Below are positions 1-8,198 of a DNA stretch of 64,000 nt, in pieces. The notes under the pieces are model-generated. The model was not told where the DNA came from. It searched no databases and saw nothing but the letters and a program-made list of their open reading frames with translations. Both the position numbers and the translations under genes were made by a program. Source of the DNA: Methanothrix sp. (lineage in GTDB: Archaea; Halobacteriota; Methanosarcinia; Methanotrichales; Methanotrichaceae); assembly GCA_963682135.1 (NCBI GenBank), contig OY821645.1, positions 416,001 to 480,000 of the forward strand. Reading direction: 5' to 3'. Each line of letters begins with the position of its first letter. Position 1 is the first letter of the stretch.

Positions 1-707
1 CGGAGTCGATCGCTAAAATATTCTGGAATAACCAAAACGATGTCTTGAAAGGATTTGGTAATTATATACCAGTCGTATTAGTTGTCATGAATAGAGCAGA
101 AGCAGAATTTCTAGCCAATAATAATCCTTATGAGTGCGAAGCCGCTAAACTCAAAAGGGAATTTTTATTCTTCCGTGAATTATTAAAAAATAATTGGCAT
201 CTCAAATACAATGCCCATTCTAAAGATTGGCTGCCATTTAATGGAAGCAAGAATACTATAGAAAAGCTAATAATATATTCTCTCGTCAAATTTAGCAATT
301 ATGAAAAACCAATTGTACCTATATTTATAAGCTTAAACGATATTATTCATCCAGCATACCGTTATGGACTAAATATCTTGAGGCAAAATGGGTGCGTGGT
401 CGTCGTTGATCCAATTTCGTTAAGGCATCCTGAACTGCAACGGAATTTTCGGAAATCATCTCTTGACCTTTTTTCAAATACACTTGTAGCCAAGATCTCT
501 GATTTAGATGACGACTCAATGATAATACACAGACTATCGCATATTTTTGAAAGATATGAGGACTTAGAGCTGTATAAAAGAAACAATATTGACCATGATG
601 CTAAATGTATGGGATTTAAGGAAGAAAATGCATTTGTTGTATGGTTAGCAGATCGCCTTACATCAGGTGGAATTCACACATATTTCTTTGATGCGGAGGA
701 AGCATGA
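1..707 (+). CDS. 5'-truncated protein resembling the C-terminal domain of TIR-like FxsC proteins
   Basis: Frame is open from nt 3 (ESIAKIFWNNQNDVLKG...), so the gene starts left of the window. Motifs IPVVLVVM, DWLPF and CVVVVDPISL. Stop at 705-707 lies 1 nt before the ATG of the KGGVGR ATPase gene, the gene order known for FxsC. Confidence 0.5.
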   Translation, partial: ESIAKIFWNNQNDVLKGFGNYIPVVLVVMNRAEAEFLANNNPYECEAAKLKREFLFFRELLKNNWHLKYNAHSKDWLPFNGSKNTIEKLIIYSLVKFSNYEKPIVPIFISLNDIIHPAYRYGLNILRQNGCVVVVDPISLRHPELQRNFRKSSLDLFSNTLVAKISDLDDDSMIIHRLSHIFERYEDLELYKRNNIDHDAKCMGFKEENAFVVWLADRLTSGGIHTYFFDAEEA

Positions 708-708
708 A

Positions 709-3700
709 ATGATTTGCACATTCTATTCATTTAAAGGTGGCGTTGGCCGTTCAATGGCACTGGCAAATATTGCAGAACTGTTATATAAGAAAGGCCTAAG
801 TGTACTAATGGTAGATTTTGATCTTGAAGCACCTGGATTGGATGATTATTTTAAGAGCAATGATGACCATGAGTACCACTCTGATTTATCAAGTAAGAGA
901 GGGCTAATTGATCTTCTAAGTGCATATAAGAAATCTGTAGCGTATATGGATCTATATCCAGAAGCGAAAGGAAAAATGGAATCTGAAAAATTGGATGACA
1001 TGAGATTTAATAGACGCGATGTACCACTAGAATCATTTAAAAATTTTATTACTACAATATATAAAGAAGATACAAGTGCTGGCTCTCTATATCTCATGAC
1101 TGCTGGAAAGAGAAATGATTCAAATTTGACCGCATATGCTAATGCGGTTCGATCTTTTGACTGGGAAGAATTTTATAAAAAATTTTATGGAGAAGAATTT
1201 TTTGAATGGTTTAGGGATGAAGCAGAGTCTATAGCTGATATAGTGCTAATCGATAGTCGTACAGGCATTACTGAGATCGGAGGAGTATCCACCTATCATT
1301 TGGCAGATATGGTGATCTTCTTTATAGCGCCAAACCAACAAAATATTAATGGAATAAGCTTAATGGCAAAAAGCCTTACAAATCCTGACTTGATAGAGAA
1401 AGGACGAAATGGCAGACCAATATCGTTGATATTTGTACCAAGTCGAGTTGAGAGGAGCGAGGCTAAAAGACTAGATAAATTTGAAAAATTATTTGAAAAA
1501 TTTAATAAATATGTATCTAGAAAAATAGTATTTGATTACAGCCCATTCATCGATTTGCAGATACCGTATGTTCCTTACTATTCTTACATGGAGAATTTGG
1601 CGGCACGAGAGCCAAAATCAGCTAGCTCACATGAGCTAATTCAATCTTATGAAAGAATAATCGATATAATTTCGCAGCACGCCCCAAAAGACTCGATATT
1701 TTATAAATTAATGCTTATATCTTCGAATCCTAAACTATCAAGTATAGCAAGTCAGCCAATCATGTCGAAGCTGCTCCTCACAGCGATAGATGAGACAACT
1801 ATCGACATGTTGAGCAATAAATCTCAAATATATTTATACGCAACAAAAAAAATTATTTTAGAAAACTTACCTACTAATCAAGTGCTTAAATCTTTGTCCG
1901 AAAAATTGTATTTTTATTGCGAGATTGCCTGGGAGATAATCTTGTTAGGTCGCACTAAGATCAGATTCGATGAATTTCCTCAACAAATAAGAGACTTTCT
2001 AAGCAAAGATTCAAATGCTAATTTTGAAGAATCGATAATTTCTAGTTTGATCAATAAATATATTTTCTTGAGGGATCTAACAGGAAATTATCATTTCGCT
2101 ACAAATGATTTATTAGGATATTTTGTCGCCCTTAAACTGGCATATGAAATTAATTGTTTGGACCCAGAATATTTGCGCGTGTACAGCGAATCGGATAGAA
2201 AATCATTGGAAATATCCTATTGGAAAAAGAATGCAGATATTAATGAACTATTATCAGGCACTTTCGGAATGAAATCCTTTAAAAATGTTGATATGCAAAT
2301 AGTTCGCGAGAATCTATTAGAATTGTTATCGATAAATGCCTTAACTTATTTAAGAAATGCTATTACACCGTTGGATAGGTCTCGATCCGAAGAAACCAAT
2401 TATTTCATTAGTAATATCGAAATAATACTTCAGGATATTGGAGCAGTTCGGCCTTTTAGGTATATCGATACAGTTCAATTAATAAAAATGCCTGAAACTC
2501 TTATTCCACCGAAGCCTGCAGGCATCGATAAAATGGTAGCGGCTTTAAGGCAATCGGGAATATTTGTAAATTGGGATAGTAGCTTACAAGAGAAGAAGGA
2601 AATTAATATACCTGGATATCACGAGGCAATAGAATCATTTATTATGGTTCAGAAGGATCAAACGTTGGATGAAGCGCTTGATATTGCACGTTCAGCATTA
2701 TCCCTCAATTCTGGACTTAGGGATTACTGTTTAGCAGTTCATGCGTTTGCAGGACTTCAGGCATTATATCTGCGAAAATTTAACGATGCAAAAAGATATT
2801 TTGATCTATATTTTAATATTGGTGGCAATGAATCGTGGTATCATTTAAAATTAGGTCTTGTAAACCTCTACAGCGGAGATATTGATGTTGCAAGAGATCA
2901 GGCAACACTTGTGACCTCTTCGGATGATTTCAGAATGAAAGGGCGCGCGTACTTATTGCTTGGTATATTGGACCGTAATGATAATAACCATAATGAAGCA
3001 ATAGCAAAATACAAAGATGCATTGGAGATATTTTATAATATTGGTGATAGATATCATGCAGGAATGACTCTTGCTAATCTGGGTATTACTTATCGGCTAA
3101 AAAATGAAATAGAAAATTCACTTGCCTGCTATAAGGAAGCCCTAAGCATTTTTGGAGATAAAGGTGAATATAAATATCGAAAAGCATGTGTTTTAGCCAG
3201 ACTCGGTACATTGTATAGAATCATGCAAAACTATGATAATTCATTGCTGAATTATCAAGAATCAATTGCTATTTTTAGAGATTTTGAAGATGAAATTCGG
3301 GTGGGGCTAGTTTTTAAAGAAATAGGAATAACATATTTGCTAGTGGGCCGAATGGAAGATGCCATAGATAATAACAATATGGCACTGCAGATATTTGAGA
3401 AATACGAAAATTCCTATATAACGAAGGATTTGAGGGACCATGAAGGTATATACTCTCGCAAAGGGCAAGTAACATACAATTTAGGTCTTGCATATTTTAT
3501 GCAAGGTAAGTGGAATGAAGCCGAGAGATATTTTAGATCCTCTCTCAGAATATTTCATGAGGTCAAGGATTCAATCCATACATGTATGTCATTAATTAGT
3601 CTTGGGTCAGCCTTGAGAATGAAAGATGAATATAAGGCAGCATATATAGTTCTGAATGAAGCCCTTGACATTATAAGAGAAACCTCAGATATATCAAGAG

Positions 3701-4845
3701 AAGGCCAAATACTGACAAAACTCGGAGGAGTATGTCGCCAATTGCACCTTTATAAAGAAGCGATCAAGAATTATGAACGATCCCTAAAGATAGCAAAAGA
3801 ATTGGATGACGCTCAATGGGAGGGAAAAATCCTATTGGAACTTGGTACTGTATATAAGAAGCTAAATAATTTTGATCAAGCAATTAAATATTATGATAGA
3901 TCTATCGAAATATTTTCTCAGAACAATGACAAAGCAAAAACGAACTTAGTTAAGAGTCAAAAAGCAGAAATATCACTAATGATAGGAGATTTTGACAATG
4001 CTCTTTATCTCATCGATCAATCGATAAAAGAAATTGATGCAGACAGTGTGTCATCTAAAGAAGATGGTTTTTTATTAGAAGATATTCAGATAATTGATGG
4101 GATTAAAGACACAGGAATAGATATAAAAGAATTCAATTCAGCAATTAAAAAAATTAGTGAACTCGGTGGAAAATCCCTTGAGGGAAAAATAAATAGAGTT
4201 CTTGGATTGATTTATCTGAGAATGGGCCAATTCGAAAATGCGATAGATTATCTGAATCAGAGCTTAGATATATTTAATCAAATTGATGACCGGAGTCAAC
4301 AAGGCAAGGCATATTGTCATATTGGCCAAGCTTTATCTGGCGCAAAAAGTTTTAAAAAATCAATTGAAAGCATCAATTACTCAATTAGTATTTTCGATGA
4401 TCTAAATGATTCCATACGTAAGAGTTGGGCAGTCGAACAACTTGGAAATGTGTACCTAAAAATGAGGCGCTGGGATGATGCTACTGACGTGTATAAGAGG
4501 GCGTTACTGATCGGTTCTACCTCAAAATACATTCATTTGGCACTTGCTATTTGCTATTTAAATCTTGGTAAAGATGAAGAATTTAATGAAGAATGTACAA
4601 ACGCATCACATTTAATGAAAGGTGAATCGCAAACGATTTACGATTCCCTCAGATTAAAAGCCGTTTGTGGTGACAAGAACGATGCATTGGATTTCTTGGA
4701 AGTAGCCCTTGAAAAGTCACAAGTAAATATAGACATCATTAAAAGGGACACATTTTTAATCTTTATCCAAAATGAACCGAGGTTTCTTAAGCTAGTAAAT
4801 AGATATGCAAATATCGACTATTTTGACATGATATCATTTATGTAA
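709..4845 (+). CDS. KGGVGR-motif ParA/MinD-like ATPase fused to a NACHT-type helical/winged-helix segment and a long TPR array
   Basis: MICTFYSFKGGVGRSMALANIA, VDFDLEAPGL and LIDSRTG in the N-terminal third; >12 TPR-like repeats; C-terminal TPR capping motif (ALDFLEVALEK...EPRFLKLV). ATG 709 preferred over GTG 667. AT-rich. Confidence 0.85.
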   Translation: MICTFYSFKGGVGRSMALANIAELLYKKGLSVLMVDFDLEAPGLDDYFKSNDDHEYHSDLSSKRGLIDLLSAYKKSVAYMDLYPEAKGKMESEKLDDMRFNRRDVPLESFKNFITTIYKEDTSAGSLYLMTAGKRNDSNLTAYANAVRSFDWEEFYKKFYGEEFFEWFRDEAESIADIVLIDSRTGITEIGGVSTYHLADMVIFFIAPNQQNINGISLMAKSLTNPDLIEKGRNGRPISLIFVPSRVERSEAKRLDKFEKLFEKFNKYVSRKIVFDYSPFIDLQIPYVPYYSYMENLAAREPKSASSHELIQSYERIIDIISQHAPKDSIFYKLMLISSNPKLSSIASQPIMSKLLLTAIDETTIDMLSNKSQIYLYATKKIILENLPTNQVLKSLSEKLYFYCEIAWEIILLGRTKIRFDEFPQQIRDFLSKDSNANFEESIISSLINKYIFLRDLTGNYHFATNDLLGYFVALKLAYEINCLDPEYLRVYSESDRKSLEISYWKKNADINELLSGTFGMKSFKNVDMQIVRENLLELLSINALTYLRNAITPLDRSRSEETNYFISNIEIILQDIGAVRPFRYIDTVQLIKMPETLIPPKPAGIDKMVAALRQSGIFVNWDSSLQEKKEINIPGYHEAIESFIMVQKDQTLDEALDIARSALSLNSGLRDYCLAVHAFAGLQALYLRKFNDAKRYFDLYFNIGGNESWYHLKLGLVNLYSGDIDVARDQATLVTSSDDFRMKGRAYLLLGILDRNDNNHNEAIAKYKDALEIFYNIGDRYHAGMTLANLGITYRLKNEIENSLACYKEALSIFGDKGEYKYRKACVLARLGTLYRIMQNYDNSLLNYQESIAIFRDFEDEIRVGLVFKEIGITYLLVGRMEDAIDNNNMALQIFEKYENSYITKDLRDHEGIYSRKGQVTYNLGLAYFMQGKWNEAERYFRSSLRIFHEVKDSIHTCMSLISLGSALRMKDEYKAAYIVLNEALDIIRETSDISREGQILTKLGGVCRQLHLYKEAIKNYERSLKIAKELDDAQWEGKILLELGTVYKKLNNFDQAIKYYDRSIEIFSQNNDKAKTNLVKSQKAEISLMIGDFDNALYLIDQSIKEIDADSVSSKEDGFLLEDIQIIDGIKDTGIDIKEFNSAIKKISELGGKSLEGKINRVLGLIYLRMGQFENAIDYLNQSLDIFNQIDDRSQQGKAYCHIGQALSGAKSFKKSIESINYSISIFDDLNDSIRKSWAVEQLGNVYLKMRRWDDATDVYKRALLIGSTSKYIHLALAICYLNLGKDEEFNEECTNASHLMKGESQTIYDSLRLKAVCGDKNDALDFLEVALEKSQVNIDIIKRDTFLIFIQNEPRFLKLVNRYANIDYFDMISFM

Positions 4846-4866
4846 TATTATTTATTTTTGATGAAT

Positions 4867-4889
4867 ACCCAGCAGCTTGCTGCGCGGGT
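4867..4889. repeat. Short REP-like palindrome at the edge of the AT-rich island
   Basis: ACCC-A-GCAGC-TT-GCTGC-GC-GGGT, 22 nt after the TPR gene stop. Confidence 0.45.
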
Positions 4890-4987
4890 GCGCCGCCGCA
4901 ATTTCACTATAATTGAATATTCAGTTTAATAAAATTTTAGTGGGCCCATTAAATCCCACCAATGAGCATTTTAGCACTCATGACTTA

Positions 4988-5392
4988 TCAAGCCACCTGT
5001 TTCCCCGCCGCCGGTCCCCACATGGCATTGTAGATCTCTGTGATCTTAACCACGGCGCAGCTCTTGGCAGGCAGCTTGTTGTTGATGGCATGCACCCAGG
5101 CCCGCATGGCTTCGAAATCCGGCCCTTCTTTGGTAACTGTGACGTTGCCCTTGATCTGGAAGGACTTCTTTGTATCTCCGTTGTAGCAGAGGATGGATAT
5201 CTTGGGATTCTCGGCCAGGTTCTGGGCAGTCTTGTAGAAGAAGTTGTCCGCGAGCATGAGCGTCTCATCGTCTATGATCTTCATGAGCCCCACAAAGACC
5301 ACATTGGGCATGCCGTTCTTGCTGGCTGTGGCAATGGGTATGGGCTTTTGCTTCTCCAGGGTTTCTCGAACTTCCGCTGACATCTTTACCAT
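4988..5392 (-). CDS. Pyridoxamine 5'-phosphate oxidase family FMN-binding protein
   Basis: IATASKNGMPNV, ADNFFYKTAQNLAENP, SFQIKG motifs; 134 aa. Confidence 0.85.
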   Translation of the reverse strand: MVKMSAEVRETLEKQKPIPIATASKNGMPNVVFVGLMKIIDDETLMLADNFFYKTAQNLAENPKISILCYNGDTKKSFQIKGNVTVTKEGPDFEAMRAWVHAINNKLPAKSCAVVKITEIYNAMWGPAAGKQVA

Positions 5393-5797
5393 TTAAAATC
5401 ACCTGGCTTATGGATTGGATGCAATTTATTTAGCTCTATCGTTTCTTGCGTCTGTGGATTTGCAGCAGTTCTCCATCAACAAAGATGAAATCCAAGGAGC
5501 AACCTTAATCTTGAACTATGGTGAAAAAAGCAAAGGATTAGGTGAGAGGTGGGCCGCATGGTGGGAGGTCTGCCAGAGACTGATGGGTTGTGGTATGAGA
5601 TCATAGAGTAACGGTCTCACGTGAAGCCTTGACTGGCGCGAAGATACTACTAAACCAGGATCATCGACCTCAGGCACTATTCTGCAATAGAGTTTTTCGA
5701 TAATGCATTATTCGAGGGACTTGATGAAATGATACGCATTATCAGTTGAGGCAGAAATCAATATGCTTGGGGTAAAAATTGCACATCCTTCATCGAG

Positions 5798-5827
5798 ACT
5801 TCGCGGCTTCGCGCCTTCGCGTGAGCC
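5798..5827. repeat. Dispersed 30-bp CTTCGCG-type repeat, copy 1
   Basis: ACTTCGCGGCTTCGCGCCTTCGCGTGAGCC; 27/30 identical to 47027-47056. Confidence 0.6.
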
Positions 5828-5913
5828 AGTCGTGATTCGAAGGTGCAAAAAGTTCGAAAAAGGCAACCTTAGTCGGGACGCCGATCATTTTGCCAGTGAT
5901 GAAAATGAATGAT

Positions 5914-7305
5914 TCACCTACAGGTTTGCCCATTTTCCCTGCACGCCCTAATGAACTCCGCTGGAAATCCCCGGAAGGACGCGCTGTGGATATGGGTGTA
6001 GCTGGCCACCATATTCCCTTCGCACATTCCGTCCCAGCCATCCTTGATTCCCGTGCCCCGATTCAAACGGATGGCGTACTTGACCCCTTCATCCATCTGC
6101 ATCTCAGAGTGGTGAAACTCATGTCCCATGATGGCCTCGCCCACCTTTCCCAGAGCACAGTCTCTGGCGAAGGTCCCATGCACGTAGCTGACGACGCGCG
6201 TGCTGCCCCGCCGCGCTTTGCCCGGAACCAGCCCGACCATCTCCTGTCGCTCGCCGTCCCACTCGATCTCCCGCGCCAGGTACATCAGCCCGCCGCACTC
6301 CGCGTAGATAGGCAGATCTCTCTCATGCGCCTTTTCCAGCGCCCGGCGCATGCCATCATTTTCGGACAGCTCCCGGGCGTACAGCTCCGGATAGCCGCCG
6401 CCGATATAGATGCCGTCCACCTGGGGGAGCGCTGCGTCATGAACCGGGCTGAAGGGCACTACCTTTGCCCCGGCCAGCTCCATCATCTCCAGGTTATCCC
6501 GGTAATAGAAATTGAAAGCCTCATCCTGAGCCACGCCGATACGTAGACCCTGGCCCAGGGAATTTTGCCGGTAGAGATCCGCTTCGACTTCGGGCAGAGG
6601 CTCTGCCTCCCTGGCAATCTCCATGATGCGATCCAGGTTCAGGCCCTCCTCCACGATCTGGCGGATCTTGTCTACCCGTTCCTGGAAACCTTCGTGCCTG
6701 GTCTTGCCCTCCAGAACGGGCACCAGACCCAGGTGGCGCATGGCCAGGTGCATATCCTCATTTCGCCGGATGACGCCCACCACTTCCAGGCCTGCGTAGC
6801 GCTCAATCTCCTTGATCGCCTTCTGGGCATGCCTTTCCGACCCGACTTTATTGAGAATTACCCCTTTGAATTGTACTTCCGGGTCAAAGTCCATGTAGCC
6901 TTTGACAATGGCCGCGCAGCTTCGCGTGATGCTTCTGGCATCAACCACGAAGATCACCGGAACCTGCAGAAGCTTGGCGATCTGCGCCGTGCTGCCCAGG
7001 TCTTCATCATAGCCCTCGTAAAGGCCGCGCACACCCTCGATCACCGCGATGTCCGCGCCCTCTGCGGCATGGGCATAGATCTCTCTGACTGCTGCCTGCG
7101 TCATCAGGTAGCCGTCCAGATTGCGGCAACTTCTGCCTGTGATCCAGGTGTGGTAGCTGGGATCGATGTAGTCCATGGCCACCTTAAAGGGTTGCACTTG
7201 CAGGCACCGGCCTCGCAGGGCAGAAAGCAGACCGGCTACAATGGTGGTCTTGCCGCTGGAGCTTCGATCGCCTGCTATGAGTATACGTGGACAGTCGGCT
7301 CGCAT
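5914..7305 (-). CDS. cfbB: Ni-sirohydrochlorin a,c-diamide synthase (CbiA/CobB family, coenzyme F430 biosynthesis)
   Basis: SSGKTT P-loop, FKVAMDYIDP, IEGVRGLY, glutaminase AECGGLMYL and GHEFH; directly downstream of the NifH-like cfbC. Start is ATG 7305 or GTG 7320. Confidence 0.85.
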   Translation of the reverse strand: MRADCPRILIAGDRSSSGKTTIVAGLLSALRGRCLQVQPFKVAMDYIDPSYHTWITGRSCRNLDGYLMTQAAVREIYAHAAEGADIAVIEGVRGLYEGYDEDLGSTAQIAKLLQVPVIFVVDARSITRSCAAIVKGYMDFDPEVQFKGVILNKVGSERHAQKAIKEIERYAGLEVVGVIRRNEDMHLAMRHLGLVPVLEGKTRHEGFQERVDKIRQIVEEGLNLDRIMEIAREAEPLPEVEADLYRQNSLGQGLRIGVAQDEAFNFYYRDNLEMMELAGAKVVPFSPVHDAALPQVDGIYIGGGYPELYARELSENDGMRRALEKAHERDLPIYAECGGLMYLAREIEWDGERQEMVGLVPGKARRGSTRVVSYVHGTFARDCALGKVGEAIMGHEFHHSEMQMDEGVKYAIRLNRGTGIKDGWDGMCEGNMVASYTHIHSASFRGFPAEFIRACRENGQTCR

Positions 7306-7327
7306 TTTATTGTCTCCCACTCATGGC

Positions 7328-8128
7328 TCACTCCACAGAGAGCTCTCGAAGTCTCTCATCGCTCAGTGGATGCGGCACCTGCAGTTGTGCTCCCGACATG
7401 ATCTCCCTGGCCAGAGCTCGGTAGACATCGGCTATACCCGAGGCCGGCGCACCCTCGATCACAGTTACCGCTCTCCTCTCGCACTGCTGCACTATTGGGT
7501 CTTTGGGGATGAAGGCTACCAGTCGGCTGTTCAACTCCTCTGCAAATCTCTCTGCAATCTCTTTTTCCCGTCCGGCGGCAGCCTCGCGCGAGTTGCAGAT
7601 CACTCCTGCCAGTGGGGTATTCAGACGGCGTAGGCCTTTGCTGATGTTATTCGCAGCATAAAGCGGCATGTACTCGCCAGAGGTTATGATGTAAGCCTGG
7701 CTCACCAAGCCCTTTCGGATAGGTGCAGAGAATCCGCCGCATACAATGTCCCCCGGAACATCGTACAGCACCAGATCCACATTTTCCATGGCCTTGGAGA
7801 CCTTGCGCAAGAAATCGATGGCAACGATTATTCCCCGTCCGGCGCATCCAACACCTGGCTCCGGGCCGCCTACCTCAATGCATAAGACGCCCTTGTATCC
7901 TGGAAAAACGACATCTTTCTCCCGGATCTCCCCACCTGCCAGGATGAGGTCCATCATGGTGGGAATCCTTTTGCCCACCAATGTTATGCTCGAGTCGCTC
8001 TTGGGATCGCAGCCCACCATCAGTACCCTGTGGCCCTCTTCAGCACAGGCGGCGGCGATGTTCGAGGCTGTGCACGACTTGCCGATACCGCCTTTGCCGT
8101 ATATCGCAACGTGTTTAATAGATGACAT
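7328..8128 (-). CDS. cfbC: Ni-sirohydrochlorin a,c-diamide reductive cyclase, ATP-dependent reductase subunit (NifH-like)
   Basis: [37 protein letters not shown]; adjacent to cfbB, no nifDK. Confidence 0.85.
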   Translation of the reverse strand: MSSIKHVAIYGKGGIGKSCTASNIAAACAEEGHRVLMVGCDPKSDSSITLVGKRIPTMMDLILAGGEIREKDVVFPGYKGVLCIEVGGPEPGVGCAGRGIIVAIDFLRKVSKAMENVDLVLYDVPGDIVCGGFSAPIRKGLVSQAYIITSGEYMPLYAANNISKGLRRLNTPLAGVICNSREAAAGREKEIAERFAEELNSRLVAFIPKDPIVQQCERRAVTVIEGAPASGIADVYRALAREIMSGAQLQVPHPLSDERLRELSVE

Positions 8129-8198
8129 CTAACTCCGCTTGGCTTGTAGATCCTCCATAGGATATACAGCTTATCCAGGAATGATTCTTGAGAGGTAG

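Noticed and set aside
5415-5606. 63-aa ORF
   Set aside because: Short, TTG start, no motif, overlaps the probable promoter of the adjacent gene
7328-8128. Nitrogenase reductase nifH
   Set aside because: No nifDK nearby; adjacency to the amidase gene indicates cfbC
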